Of a stretch of DNA of 64,000 nt, positions 10,007 to 21,257 are shown piece by piece. The stretch is from a virus. Location of the stretch: the IMG/VR virus record IMGVR_UViG_3300032265_003945, positions 14,265-78,264 of that record; one strand, given 5' to 3'. How positions within the stretch are numbered: the stretch's first letter is position 1; the number at the start of each line of letters is the position of its first letter. A program made the translations under genes and the position numbers. Below the pieces are notes generated by a model, which searched no databases, was not told where the DNA came from, and saw only the letters and a program-made list of their open reading frames with translations.

Positions 10007-12094
10007 TTATATCGTTGGATTTAGGCTTTGCGCTATTTTCTCGACTCGCCTTCCTTCAATTTCAACTATTTCTCCGGAAATAGAAACCTTTGAATTAGAT
10101 CTTATATCGATTTCCCCATTAGACTCAATAAATATTTTGGTTGGAGATATTAGGGATATCCCTGTTTTATCTATTCTAATAACAGTAGCATTGTTTCCTT
10201 CCGTTATAACCCGAATATCAATGGCTCCAGAAGTGTACGCATTGTTTATCCCTTTGCTATCAAACCTACTATCTTGGCTTTCATTAATGCCGAATCCACC
10301 TACTTGCAATAGAAGTTGACCATCCATCCCAATAGCTGCACTAATATTATTTTTATCTTTACCTATATTAGCTATCATTCCTCCGGCAGTATCAAGCCAA
10401 ATTGACTGTCTATCTATCGTATTTGCTCCGACATTAAGCTCGATGGAGCCATCTAAATTAATAGATCCGCTACGACCTCCGGCATTTTTACCAACAATTA
10501 TAGATTCGCTGACGATCGGATGGGTGATGACTTGATTTGGAAAAATAAGTGTTTCTGGTGGATTATAAAGATAATTTGTAAGGTCGGGAAGTTGATGAGA
10601 AATACAAGTGGCAGTAATATCGTGATAAGCTGTTCCATGAGCAAGATGAGAGACATTATTTCCATCAGTAATCTTTTTAGAGATTCTATCAATGGGCGAA
10701 ACTTCTGCACCATCCTTATCTTTAATAGAAATTAATCCACGATTATATCCACCTTTGCTTTTTATTTGGTCTTTTTTACTTTCATACTTTAAATTAAAAT
10801 TAACCATTCCTGCCGCAAATGAATCATGCAAAACATCAACCGCATCACTGGGAAATAGTAATTCATTTGGATTAATAGACGGATCATTTGCTGCGGCAAC
10901 CGTATTATAATTCTCATATCGAGTTAATAGGGGCACATTTCCCGACTCCGAAGAAGCGGGAATATTTATTTTGAACTGACCCTCTTTATCTACGTCAACG
11001 AAAAATCTACTTCTACTGCGAGCATAGTCCGACGTATCGTTTACGTCGGGAGGATTATTGAGTTTTCCAAGATCTTTTTTAGCATTTATTTCAAAATGAA
11101 AAGCTATTCCTCGTCTTTGATTTTCCCTGATTTTAAAATAATTATCTGCTTGAGAAGATTGAAGATCTCCATTAAGTTTATTTTTAATTGGGAATCTATT
11201 TAAATCTAAAAGATTTCCATAAATATCTACTACGGTACCTTTTACTGACTCCATTAAATAATTGGGTGAAGTTAACCCTAAACTCAGAGTATCTGCCCTA
11301 CTCGCCCGCCTATCTTTTTTAAGCGTTGGCAAGGTCGAAGATTTGCTGGCTTTTTCTGAGGACGAGAGATAATTTTCGGATTCAGATTTTAAATCTAAAA
11401 CATTAGAAGAGTAGGAAAACTCATAAACAATTTCTCTATTTTCTGTAAAATTGGGGCTTTTTAATGAAACAAACTCATTTAATTCTGTAGAATTAAAATC
11501 ATCGAAAGAAAATAAAGATATTGACGGTATGTTTCTATAAAAATCTTCTTTAATTAGTTTTAAACTGTCTGGATAATTGGTTTCACCAATTTCTCTTCTT
11601 ATTTCCCCATCAATTTTTCTAGAAGATTGAGAAAAATTAAAATGATAATTGTAATTATTATTAGAACTATCGTACCAATTATCAGATGCGTATTCTCCAT
11701 TATAAAGAAGTAATCTTTTATTTTCTGATTTTCCTAAAATAATATCATTTTGTCTTAATAAAATATTATTTTCCGGATTACTTCTTAGTAGTAACTGCCC
11801 TGGGACTAAATTTTGCGGCAAAATACCATGATTCGTGGCGTAATATTTAATAGGGACATATTGACTGCTTTGTCCTTGCAGAATGAGGGCTGGTGTATTT
11901 GGCGGCGGTTTGGCGCCAATAAGCACGCCATTATTATCTGAATATGTATAATAAAAATCGTATTGAGAATTCTTTTTTCCGCCCAAGGAAATACTTAACG
12001 GAATTCTATTACTAGAATCGTCTACGGTTCCGGTGACCTTCCCGGTAATAATTAATCCAGGAGGTGGGGTAAATTTTAAACTACTAGCGTTCAT
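10007..12094 (-). CDS. Baseplate central spike (gpV/gp5-like)
   Basis: C-terminal short beta-strand repeats IRIDKTGISLISPTKIFIESNGEIDIRSNSKVSISGEIVEIEG typical of spike beta-helices; lies directly after the hub gene. Confidence 0.65.
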   Translation of the reverse strand: MNASSLKFTPPPGLIITGKVTGTVDDSSNRIPLSISLGGKKNSQYDFYYTYSDNNGVLIGAKPPPNTPALILQGQSSQYVPIKYYATNHGILPQNLVPGQLLLRSNPENNILLRQNDIILGKSENKRLLLYNGEYASDNWYDSSNNNYNYHFNFSQSSRKIDGEIRREIGETNYPDSLKLIKEDFYRNIPSISLFSFDDFNSTELNEFVSLKSPNFTENREIVYEFSYSSNVLDLKSESENYLSSSEKASKSSTLPTLKKDRRASRADTLSLGLTSPNYLMESVKGTVVDIYGNLLDLNRFPIKNKLNGDLQSSQADNYFKIRENQRRGIAFHFEINAKKDLGKLNNPPDVNDTSDYARSRSRFFVDVDKEGQFKINIPASSESGNVPLLTRYENYNTVAAANDPSINPNELLFPSDAVDVLHDSFAAGMVNFNLKYESKKDQIKSKGGYNRGLISIKDKDGAEVSPIDRISKKITDGNNVSHLAHGTAYHDITATCISHQLPDLTNYLYNPPETLIFPNQVITHPIVSESIIVGKNAGGRSGSINLDGSIELNVGANTIDRQSIWLDTAGGMIANIGKDKNNISAAIGMDGQLLLQVGGFGINESQDSRFDSKGINNAYTSGAIDIRVITEGNNATVIRIDKTGISLISPTKIFIESNGEIDIRSNSKVSISGEIVEIEGRRVEKIAQSLNPTI

Positions 12095-12095
12095 T

Positions 12096-15000
12096 TTATT
12101 TTCTAAGGACGGGTTTAATAAAGCAATCTATTATATATCCAACTAAGTATTTCTTTTTCTTATACACAATTTCTACGGGAGTTTTAGAGATTGCGTTGGG
12201 GTCTGCCGCTGGCGTAATGCTGGAAGTATCTTTTTTTGCAAGCTGATCGGCTGCATTAAAAGCAAATCTAGATGGGCTGGACCTTCTGCTTGAACTTGAT
12301 AAATCTACAGCTGGGGCGACAGTGACCGTTGCCCTAGATCTATTTCTAAAATTAAGTAACGAAGGATCCTCGTCATTAAAAGTTGAAGTTCCGTCAAAAA
12401 TTGATTTAATATAATTGGCGAAATTTTTTGTGATATCTGACTTTTTAAAAGCCTTATCTTCATAAATTACTAATCTTAATTCTAAGTCAAAATTTGGATC
12501 ATTATTTGAATTTATAGCTTTATCAAAAGCAGAAGATATTTGTTTTAAAATATTAGAATTAGTATTGCCAATAGGAGTTTTTTCAGATAATAATTTTTGA
12601 TTTATTTCTTCGGTTGTTCCTTTTTGTAAAATTATTTGAGGATCTAGGACGAAACAACCTACCGCAGTACCGTCGACAACGTTCAAATTTTTTCTATTAT
12701 CTATGGTGACATTGTCTCTGTTATTGTAAAGCATTTTTCCGGCTATATCTAAATTAGTTGGAATATATTCTCCAGGATAATGTCCGTAAGAAAGATCTAG
12801 AGTGGTTGCGAACTCTCCTCCCATACTAATAGTATGTCTTACTGATTCTACATAGAATAACATTCCTTTTTGCTCTAAATACACAACTTCTCCTGGTTGG
12901 GAGAACTCATTGCCAATAACGGTAACCGATCCTTTAATTATATTTTTTCTTTGCCTTGATAACAAGGCGGCTGCAAATGGTCCAGTTTGCGACTGTGGAT
13001 TGGTTAAGAATGGCATATCTACTTCGGATGCCTCTTTGAGACCATACATTTTCCATAAATCATAATCAATTGCATCTGAAGAGATAAGCGCATTACCTCC
13101 GTTAGGGAGAAAATCAAATCCAGGTCCGCCAGATTGAGTTGCAGATTTGGGTAAATTTTTATCTAGCCGACCAGTTACTCTTACAGAGGTATATTCTGGC
13201 CCATTAGAATCTATATTATAATTAATAATTTGAGAATTTTTAATAATATATCTGGAACCTGACCCAGGACCGTAATCATCATATGACTCATCTTCAATCA
13301 GGTATTCAAATGCTTCTGGAAATGTTTGGCTGGAAGTAGTCGAGGAAGGAAATAGTAACTGAGTTGTTGTTTCCGAATTATTTAAAGAATTTAGCTCTGA
13401 TGCATTTTTAATTACTGAATATAATGACTTAATCGCTTTTTGTCTTTCAAAGATTTTTTTAGCCATTTCATTTGTTATTTTAAAAGAATCTACCTGGTAA
13501 AATTTTGGAAAAACTACCTCCCCAATAACACTTCCAGATTCTTCAGAAGACCCTCCATAAGAATTAGAATAAATATAATCTTGTGGCTTAATTCTTACTC
13601 CTATTTTTTTGTACACTCTATCAATTAAATAATTAATTAGCTTATCCTTACTTTCGTCTTCCTGCGTAGACAGTAATTGTTGTTGAAGCAATTGAGAATT
13701 AAGAACAGTATTTCTAAAATTATTTAATCTACCACCTAAATCAAAAGTGCTTTTAATATTTAATTGAGGTTTTAAAATTCCATTTAAATTTTTTGTTTTT
13801 TCAAAATTATCATCTCTTTCTGTCCTGTCTGAGTTAATGTTCCCATTAGAATCTAGAAAGGAGTACAACTCAGCGAATCCCTTTATTTCTCCATTGTATG
13901 GATCGGATAATAAATTAAAATTTGCTTTGCCTGCCGAATTTGGAGAGGCTAACGGAGATCCCAAATCATTAGATGTAGATGATTTAATAAAATTAATAAC
14001 GGGAGTGTCGTCGGTACGATTATTTTTTTGACCAGAAATAGCTGCAAATATTCTTAGCTCATCTTCAATAGCTGTAATTTTATTATAAAGAGATTGTATT
14101 TGATTAAAGAATAGGTTATTTAGAAATTGAGGAAATATTTGAATATTGCTTTTGCTGTTTTTATTTTGAAGCATTTTGTAAAAAACAGACTTGGGCATTC
14201 TATTATATTGCGGAGTTCTAACTCTTAGATGTCCCTGAGTATCTGCAAAAAATTCTAAATCTAGTACCTTTGCGGCAGATTTTATTTTTTCTAATACGGT
14301 ACTATATCTGTTATTATAGAGATCTATTTTTTGCCCAGCGATATCCGCTTCAAAGGCTGATAAATCATAGCTTTTATCATAGGAATCATCAACTATAAAA
14401 TAATTAACATCTTGATTAGACCGAACAGCCCAAGATAGTCTTCTTGTTAAGAAATTTATTTTTCTTCTTAGCGCCCGTCGATTATTAGGATCTTCATAAT
14501 TAATTCCCTTGCTAAGATAATAATTATAATCAGTAGAAATATCATTTCCAATAATAGTAAAATTATCAGTTTTTAAAAAATTAGTAAAGGACTGCTCTTG
14601 ATCTTGCAAAATATTTTGAGATTTTGATATTTTTTCTTTATTTTGCTCCATTATTGCGGAAGGATTAATAGTTGAATCATTGTTCAAGGATGCAACAATG
14701 ATAGAAAATTGAAGCTCCTGTAAGGATTTGTAATTTTCTTGAAGCGTTACCTGGGCTTTAATTAAATCTTGCGTTCTCAAAGAAATCATTTCCGTATAAG
14801 ATTTCTCATCAATAGATAAATTTTTAAAAGGAACAAAGTTTCCCCAAAGAGAATTATTTTTTTGTATATTTGAAGATAATTGAGATAATCTAGATGCTAC
14901 CAAACGAGAATTGTCTTTGTTTAAATTTAGTCCGCCCGTATCAATTCCCGCCTTAAAATAATTAGGATAATTATAAGGAGTTCCAGTAACCAGCAAAGAA

Positions 15001-17099
15001 ATTGTGTTCATGACGTCTTGGTTGGCTAACACTTCGGTGGTAGAGCTTTGTTGCCCATAATGCTCTTCAGTAAAAATTTCATCGGAGGAGCCGCCTAAGC
15101 TTAAGATTCCAATTCCTTCTTTCCATTTATATAAAAGACCATCTGGAGCAAAAATTATTTTTTTACCTCGCAAAGTATAATCTGCTTTGCCATATTGAAT
15201 TTCAGAGTGCAATGATTGTAATGAGGGCGCCCTCCCTGCATTATTTCCGGCAGAAAATCTTATTAAACCAGAATTAATGAGAGCTTGATTTTCATCTAAC
15301 AATTCTAAATTTTGATTTAAAGAATAGGTCTGATCAAATCCAGTCTTGTACGGAGTTAGTGGATCGTAAAGCATTCCAGCTGCCGTGGTATCTACTCCGG
15401 GATTAAAGTTTACTCGTCCTTGTTCTAAATAATAAGTATTATCTCTAGCGGTTATATCGACACCAAAGACACCTCCACTATACGAACTTCCTACGGACGT
15501 CACTACGCCTGCAAATACGTGAGCCCCTTCTTTTTCACTAGTAAATTGGGACCTTAACATATTCCAGAGATAATTAGGAATATCCGTATTTCCTAAAAAT
15601 ATAGACTTTTCTGTTTGCAAATCTAAATTATTAGAGGGTAGAAAAAAGTTATTGTAAGAATTTTTAATATCATAAATAGTATTAGAAAAATTAGTAAACA
15701 ATCCAAATCCATTAAAAGCATTTTGAATTCCGGACATAACTTTTCCGTCAAATTTTGTTTTGCTGGACATAAAAATATTTACAGTATCCATTGGTTGGAT
15801 TATATTTTTTCCAGAAAAATAAAATGTTAATTTTCTTCTGACATTATTTATTATCTCAGAAGCTCCATTCACAAAATCATAATTTCTAATTGTGGCTTTA
15901 TCTAATTTTATTTTAGTATAAATTGCGTTAATGGTGTCAGAAAATAAATTTAGCTCGTTTGTAGCATCTGCTAGAACATTAGAATCAGCGGATATTTTGT
16001 GACGACTTCTTAGAGGCGATAGTCCTTGCTCTCCTAGAACGGCTCCCCCTAAGAGATATGGATCCGCTACTTTTACTTGGCTAAGATTAAGATTACTTGG
16101 TTCAAAAATTATTTCTTGCCCGGTCACATCTACAATTGCAATTACTCTTCTGCCATAAACCGTATCGGGATTAATTTTAAAAGATATTTCTGAAGCGCCA
16201 CGAGATCTTCTTGTTTGATTTAGTTGACCTATCTTTTTTTCAACTAAATCTTCGGCAGTTTCTTTGCCTAAAGAAATAGAAGAGCTGAACCCTTTTTTAC
16301 TTTCAAAAGCGTTATTGACGTTAATTGTATCGCTAATGGCGTATTCGATATCCATTGGCGTGACGGTCATTATTTCATATGGATCATCAATTCCAATGGA
16401 GCACATTCCTCCAGAAGAAAGAGAGCAGCTACAGGATACGTTGGTAAAATTAGTTAACTCAATTACTCCGGTGCCTCGCCCATATCTTAAAGAGTATGGA
16501 GTGACAATATCTTCAATCCATTGAGTGTAAAAATTAGGAGCGGAGTAATTGAAAATAGATTTTATTTTTCTAACTGTTTGACTAAATTCTCCAGGCTCTC
16601 CACTGATAGTGGTAGATGAAATAAAGTCAGACAATCCTATAATAAAAGGCAATACTTGTTCATCTATTTCGCCTACTTTTTGTGAAGCCAATTGTATTTT
16701 GCATAATTTTTCATATGCGGATATCTGCTTGCATTTATTTAAAAATAAATTATCCATTGCCAAGAAAACTAACTTCTCTTCTTCATTCATAAATTCTGGA
16801 ACGAAGTTTCCAGCTAAAGAAGAATACATTTTCTTTTTTATTAAAACAGTTACATTGGGCTCCTGCATACTTATTTCCATCATTTTAGCAGAAGCTGTTC
16901 CGTAATTATTTTGAAGATATCCTTCTTCAAGATAATTTCTTTGAGCAGATTGATCTATATTTTTGGCAAAATCTCCTAATTTAGCGAAATTATTTTGCTG
17001 ACCATCTAATTTACCACTTAAAGTTCTTTGATCTTCTGGAAGTTCTCCTCCTAAAAATTGGTCAGCTAATTGATTTCCTAAATCACTTAAAAATCCCAT
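12096..17099 (-). CDS. Baseplate hub protein (gp27/gpD-like), greatly enlarged
   Basis: 'LEFFADTQGHLRVRTPQYN' and 'GSVTVIGNEFSQPGEVVYL...FYVESVRHTISMGGEFATTLDLSYG' resemble hub/late-control-D motifs; synteny fits. Confidence 0.75.
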   Translation of the reverse strand: MGFLSDLGNQLADQFLGGELPEDQRTLSGKLDGQQNNFAKLGDFAKNIDQSAQRNYLEEGYLQNNYGTASAKMMEISMQEPNVTVLIKKKMYSSLAGNFVPEFMNEEEKLVFLAMDNLFLNKCKQISAYEKLCKIQLASQKVGEIDEQVLPFIIGLSDFISSTTISGEPGEFSQTVRKIKSIFNYSAPNFYTQWIEDIVTPYSLRYGRGTGVIELTNFTNVSCSCSLSSGGMCSIGIDDPYEIMTVTPMDIEYAISDTINVNNAFESKKGFSSSISLGKETAEDLVEKKIGQLNQTRRSRGASEISFKINPDTVYGRRVIAIVDVTGQEIIFEPSNLNLSQVKVADPYLLGGAVLGEQGLSPLRSRHKISADSNVLADATNELNLFSDTINAIYTKIKLDKATIRNYDFVNGASEIINNVRRKLTFYFSGKNIIQPMDTVNIFMSSKTKFDGKVMSGIQNAFNGFGLFTNFSNTIYDIKNSYNNFFLPSNNLDLQTEKSIFLGNTDIPNYLWNMLRSQFTSEKEGAHVFAGVVTSVGSSYSGGVFGVDITARDNTYYLEQGRVNFNPGVDTTAAGMLYDPLTPYKTGFDQTYSLNQNLELLDENQALINSGLIRFSAGNNAGRAPSLQSLHSEIQYGKADYTLRGKKIIFAPDGLLYKWKEGIGILSLGGSSDEIFTEEHYGQQSSTTEVLANQDVMNTISLLVTGTPYNYPNYFKAGIDTGGLNLNKDNSRLVASRLSQLSSNIQKNNSLWGNFVPFKNLSIDEKSYTEMISLRTQDLIKAQVTLQENYKSLQELQFSIIVASLNNDSTINPSAIMEQNKEKISKSQNILQDQEQSFTNFLKTDNFTIIGNDISTDYNYYLSKGINYEDPNNRRALRRKINFLTRRLSWAVRSNQDVNYFIVDDSYDKSYDLSAFEADIAGQKIDLYNNRYSTVLEKIKSAAKVLDLEFFADTQGHLRVRTPQYNRMPKSVFYKMLQNKNSKSNIQIFPQFLNNLFFNQIQSLYNKITAIEDELRIFAAISGQKNNRTDDTPVINFIKSSTSNDLGSPLASPNSAGKANFNLLSDPYNGEIKGFAELYSFLDSNGNINSDRTERDDNFEKTKNLNGILKPQLNIKSTFDLGGRLNNFRNTVLNSQLLQQQLLSTQEDESKDKLINYLIDRVYKKIGVRIKPQDYIYSNSYGGSSEESGSVIGEVVFPKFYQVDSFKITNEMAKKIFERQKAIKSLYSVIKNASELNSLNNSETTTQLLFPSSTTSSQTFPEAFEYLIEDESYDDYGPGSGSRYIIKNSQIINYNIDSNGPEYTSVRVTGRLDKNLPKSATQSGGPGFDFLPNGGNALISSDAIDYDLWKMYGLKEASEVDMPFLTNPQSQTGPFAAALLSRQRKNIIKGSVTVIGNEFSQPGEVVYLEQKGMLFYVESVRHTISMGGEFATTLDLSYGHYPGEYIPTNLDIAGKMLYNNRDNVTIDNRKNLNVVDGTAVGCFVLDPQIILQKGTTEEINQKLLSEKTPIGNTNSNILKQISSAFDKAINSNNDPNFDLELRLVIYEDKAFKKSDITKNFANYIKSIFDGTSTFNDEDPSLLNFRNRSRATVTVAPAVDLSSSSRRSSPSRFAFNAADQLAKKDTSSITPAADPNAISKTPVEIVYKKKKYLVGYIIDCFIKPVLRK

Positions 17100-17101
17100 A
17101 A

Positions 17102-18019
17102 TTACCTTGTATTAATTTTTTTATTAAAAGAATATTGGGAAGAGGTTGCTGTCCCAGTTGATTGATTATAATCTGAACCAAGATTACCAGAAGCTGGGTT
17201 AAAATCTTGATCAAAATGACTTCCGAGATTTCCACCTCCTCCAATTGGTGTTTTATGCCATGGTAAGAAATTAGTTCTATACCCTCTTCTTTGAGTGGCT
17301 GTAAATGATATATCATAGGAAAACAATAAATCAGTAGTTTCTCGAACAGTAATACTATTAAAGTAGCCTCTGAATACCCAGCCCATGTAATACATCTCCA
17401 CAGTTAATGCATGATTGGCTAAGGTAGGTAAATTTCGAGGAGATAATGCATTAGATGCAGGAGAAAGAAGCGCCGAAGTAATTCCACCAGTAATGGCTCC
17501 AAAGCCGCCTCCAATGCCGTCACTTATTTTTCCTCCAATATAATTTGCGCCTTTACCAACAATGTTGTTTGCTAAATTTTCTGCGGCATTATTACTGGAT
17601 AAAGTTAGTCCTACAGCATCGAAGGCGTATTGTTCGGAACGATAAACTTCATACAATGCGTTTATTCCTTCTACGCCTGAGCTGCCAGTGGTTCCAGCAA
17701 GAGCTATTGTAGTAAGCTCCTCTCCCCAATACTGAATATTATATCCGCCTTTGGTTCTTCGATTTTGAATTGCTTTTCTAAAAGAATAAGATATATTTTC
17801 CGGATTAACATACATTCTAACGACGCCCATATCCGGAACAAACCAATTAATTAAATGTCTTTTACTGTTCTGAGCCGCAGTGACGCCATAAGGAACTTTG
17901 GTGAATGGCAATCCTACATCTGAGCCAGGCGCATTGGGGGCACTGAACCCTTGCTCTTTTACATTGCTCAGATTGTTGATAGAATCATTAAGATCAGTAA
18001 TATCTTTGATGGTCACCAT
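17102..18019 (-). CDS. Tail tube initiator (gp48/gp54-like)
   Basis: 'MYVNPENISYS', 'WGEELTTIALAGTTG' and 'FRGYFNSITVRET' tube-fold pattern; lies between tape measure and hub. Confidence 0.7.
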   Translation of the reverse strand: MVTIKDITDLNDSINNLSNVKEQGFSAPNAPGSDVGLPFTKVPYGVTAAQNSKRHLINWFVPDMGVVRMYVNPENISYSFRKAIQNRRTKGGYNIQYWGEELTTIALAGTTGSSGVEGINALYEVYRSEQYAFDAVGLTLSSNNAAENLANNIVGKGANYIGGKISDGIGGGFGAITGGITSALLSPASNALSPRNLPTLANHALTVEMYYMGWVFRGYFNSITVRETTDLLFSYDISFTATQRRGYRTNFLPWHKTPIGGGGNLGSHFDQDFNPASGNLGSDYNQSTGTATSSQYSFNKKINTR

Positions 18020-18031
18020 ATATTTTTCCTA

Positions 18032-20266
18032 TCAATTGCCTGTAGAGCTTGCCGCGTTTGCGTTGGGGTCCGCTCCTAATAATCTAGATAAATCTTCTAA
18101 AATAGTTTTTTGGCATTTAGTGCAAAAGAATGGAATTCCTCCGTGCGGATGACCGCCAGTATCTTGTGGAGATTTTGCCGCTCCTTTTGCTGCCGAAACT
18201 TTTTCTGGAGATTTTACATCAGGCTTGCTCGCAGCGACCAAATTTCTAATGGCATCTTGTTCGCGCCCTATACGAGCGGCTTCAGCATCTTTTGCAGAAG
18301 TCTGTAAAAGATTTCCTCCTGATTCTTTTAATCTTTTAGCTTCCGCTAACGCCTCACCTCTTTGCGAATCAAGCTCCTTAAGCTTTTTTTGGGGGTCTAT
18401 TGTACCTTTTTTAACACCCTCTACAAAATCTTTAGTGTACGCCTCTAAATAATCCATTGCGGCGCCTGCAACTGATCCTATCGCGCCTGTAGATGCAATA
18501 GCTCCACGGCTTCGAGCAGTTCCAGGATCCTCTTTCATCGAGACGGGATCCCTGCGATCTAAATCGCGAAGCTTTGCTTTCAATTCTTTGGCTTCTGCTG
18601 AAATCGAATCTACATTTCCAAAAAGAGATGTCACTCCTGGGCTTGCTGTTCCAGAAAGATATTTCGTGCTGGCTAATGCTACTATTTGAGTATCTAATTT
18701 AATAGCATCTAGGGCATCATTGGATCTGGAGATAAGGGTATTGTTTTCATCTTGCTTTGACTTACCTCCCTCAAAATAATCTTTCAGGGATTTAGAAGAG
18801 TCGTCTAGCGCGCCTACCTTGCCCTCATCTTCCGCTTTCATTCCCTCTAACAATCTTTCAGCTGCATCATTGCTTTTAGCAAAACCTCCTAACGGACCTT
18901 GCTGCAATAAAGTTATTTGCTTGGCAAACTGAGCCGCCGCCTCTGGACTTTGTCTAGCCTCTTGCACAGAGATTAGTTCGCCTCCCATTTGGGATTTTAA
19001 TGTTTCTTTTACTTTTTTAGCGACTTCGTCAAACTTACCTTCCCTTAGAAGGGCGTCGATATCAAAAGCTCCTTGTAACCCGCCAGGTCCACCGCTCTGC
19101 TCAGAAAGATAGGCTTTTTGAGCTAAAGATAAATTTTTAAAATTCTGAATGTATCCTTCCGCTAATTCTGCGGAGCTTTTAGCACTCAATCCAGTCGCTT
19201 CTAATCCCTTAGCGACTTTGTACATATTTTCTACCAGCCCTTGAGAGTTATCTCCGTATAGTTTAAAGGAACTCGCTAGATTAGTAATATGACTCCTAAG
19301 AGTCTGACTATCTAAACCTAATTGGTTGGCTGCCTTTGCCGTGCTGGCTAAAAATGTCAAAACTTTATCGCCAGCTCCCTCGGATCCTGGTCCGGTAGTA
19401 ATTAAGTTGAAACTATCTCTTAATTCTTGAGTTTGCGCCACCAATTTTTCTACAGGCACGCCAGCGCCTTGAGATAAAGTTATTAGTGCTTCCCCAAATC
19501 CTTTTATCATGTTCGAACCCGTAGCGGTAGTTGTGGCGACTAAATCTAAAGCCCCGGGTATTTTCATTATTTGATTGAGGTATTTTTCTGATTCGTTTGT
19601 AGTTAGTCCGGTATTTAATTGTATTTGCTTTAGCTTTTCAATATATTGAGCACCAACAGCATCTAAAGAGCCATAAGTTTTAATTTGATTGTTTAACACA
19701 TCTAATTGCCCAGTTGTTGCTGCGGTTTTAAATAAAGTTTCATTAAATAATTTCTGATTATTAGATGCCTCAAGAGTATTTAGAGCAAATGCTTTTATAC
19801 TCATCCCCGCTTTATCAGCAGCTTGTTTTAATTTATCTTCGGATTCACTCCCCATAGCTTTTGCTATCCCAGCAGCATTATTTTCGCCGAGTTTACTTAT
19901 CGCGTCTTTAATTTGAGCATGTCTGGCTTGATAAGTTTCAAAACCAGTCACATCAGTAAGGTCATTTGTAAGTTGCCCAAAGGCTTTGCTTGCTTCTTGA
20001 GTGGCTAAAGATACTGCCGCCATAATTTGCGGATAATTAACTGCAATGCTTTGCAATTTTTCAAAAGCGCTTCCCGATGACGTTAATCCGTCTTTGAGCT
20101 CATCACTACTTATCTTTAATCGATCAAATATTTTATAAATTGTAGTAGAAGGAGACTCTAAATTTTCAAGAGACTTTCTATAATCATCAGCAGCCTCTGT
20201 GCCTTCTTTAATAGCTTTAGTAGTTGAGGTAACTATATCTGTTGTGGATGGTTCCGCATTCGGCAT
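18032..20266 (-). CDS. Tape measure protein
   Basis: 744 aa, Ala/Lys/Gln-rich and helical; directly follows the frameshifted tail chaperone pair. Confidence 0.75.
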   Translation of the reverse strand: MPNAEPSTTDIVTSTTKAIKEGTEAADDYRKSLENLESPSTTIYKIFDRLKISSDELKDGLTSSGSAFEKLQSIAVNYPQIMAAVSLATQEASKAFGQLTNDLTDVTGFETYQARHAQIKDAISKLGENNAAGIAKAMGSESEDKLKQAADKAGMSIKAFALNTLEASNNQKLFNETLFKTAATTGQLDVLNNQIKTYGSLDAVGAQYIEKLKQIQLNTGLTTNESEKYLNQIMKIPGALDLVATTTATGSNMIKGFGEALITLSQGAGVPVEKLVAQTQELRDSFNLITTGPGSEGAGDKVLTFLASTAKAANQLGLDSQTLRSHITNLASSFKLYGDNSQGLVENMYKVAKGLEATGLSAKSSAELAEGYIQNFKNLSLAQKAYLSEQSGGPGGLQGAFDIDALLREGKFDEVAKKVKETLKSQMGGELISVQEARQSPEAAAQFAKQITLLQQGPLGGFAKSNDAAERLLEGMKAEDEGKVGALDDSSKSLKDYFEGGKSKQDENNTLISRSNDALDAIKLDTQIVALASTKYLSGTASPGVTSLFGNVDSISAEAKELKAKLRDLDRRDPVSMKEDPGTARSRGAIASTGAIGSVAGAAMDYLEAYTKDFVEGVKKGTIDPQKKLKELDSQRGEALAEAKRLKESGGNLLQTSAKDAEAARIGREQDAIRNLVAASKPDVKSPEKVSAAKGAAKSPQDTGGHPHGGIPFFCTKCQKTILEDLSRLLGADPNANAASSTGN

Positions 20267-20267
20267 T

Positions 20268-20621
20268 TCATGTTCCTATTTTTTTGCGCTTTCTTCTTCT
20301 CTTAAGAGATGCTTTATTTTCCGTATTTTCATGCGAATCTTTAACAATCTTCAAAGATTGCTCAAATTCTTCTTCAGAGACAGAGACTGATTTTTCATCG
20401 GCGTTAATTATTCTTTGCAACATTTCAGGATTGCTGAAACCGCCAACTAAATAAGCGTGATTTTTATAGGATTCGTTAGATTCTTTCTTATCTTCCAGCC
20501 AGCTATAAAACATCCACATTTTTTGAACCGGATCCATATCAATAATAAATGGATCATCTGGTAATACTTTATAGGTCTTGCATAAATACCATGTGAATTT
20601 ATGGTCCGGTTCAGCTACTAT
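20268..20621 (-). CDS. Tail assembly chaperone, -1 frame extension (lambda T-like part of GT)
   Basis: The ORF annotated 20268-20537 stays open upstream to 20621 (IVAEPDHKFTWYLCKTYKVLPDDPFIIDMDPVQK...). It overlaps the A AAA AAA heptamer at the end of the upstream chaperone in the -1 frame. Confidence 0.85.
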   Translation of the reverse strand: MVAEPDHKFTWYLCKTYKVLPDDPFIIDMDPVQKMWMFYSWLEDKKESNESYKNHAYLVGGFSNPEMLQRIINADEKSVSVSEEEFEQSLKIVKDSHENTENKASLKRRRKRKKIGT

Positions 20622-21244
20622 TTTTTTATATCTTCTACCGTCTTCCTCGCTTCTTGATCTGTTTTAAATGAATATTTATCTTTAATTTCTTTATTTACAT
20701 TCAAATACTCATTATATAATCTATCAGAGACTGCCTCGTCCAGCTCATCGATAAATTCTAATTTAGCCGTGAATTCACTGGTACCGAGAAAAGAATCAAT
20801 ATCAACTCCTGCAACAGAAACTAAACTTCTTGCTAACGCTTGTTTTCTTAATTCAAAAGAAAATTCTATTGTGCCATCATATTTGAGAGAGGCTGTTAAT
20901 ATGTCTCTATTTTCTTTTGTTTTAAGAGACCTTAACACAAAAATATTTTCTCCAATTTCAACTTCTTTAAGGAGTCTTGACATTCCGCACAAAGTTTCAA
21001 TTCTTCTCTTTGCAGCCTCAGAAATTTTAGAATTATCTAAGCTCGCTTGTCGTCGAGCCTCTCCCCTTTGAACAAATTGCTGTTGAGTGGGAACCGCAAC
21101 TTGCTGATATTGAGGTTGCGACGGCATTTGAGATTGCTGTTCTGGATACACTCCCTCTTCCGATCCATCTTCTTCATTAACAACAAACTCTCGCATACCG
21201 CCTTGAAACTTTTTGGAACCTAGTGAACTGTTAATTGTGGGCAC
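20618..21244 (-). CDS. Tail assembly chaperone (lambda G-like)
   Basis: Located between tube and tape measure; GTG start with AAGGAG SD; ends GAT ATA AAA AAA TAG (slippery site). Confidence 0.8.
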   Translation of the reverse strand: MPTINSSLGSKKFQGGMREFVVNEEDGSEEGVYPEQQSQMPSQPQYQQVAVPTQQQFVQRGEARRQASLDNSKISEAAKRRIETLCGMSRLLKEVEIGENIFVLRSLKTKENRDILTASLKYDGTIEFSFELRKQALARSLVSVAGVDIDSFLGTSEFTAKLEFIDELDEAVSDRLYNEYLNVNKEIKDKYSFKTDQEARKTVEDIKK

Positions 21245-21257
21245 TCTTACTCTCCTT

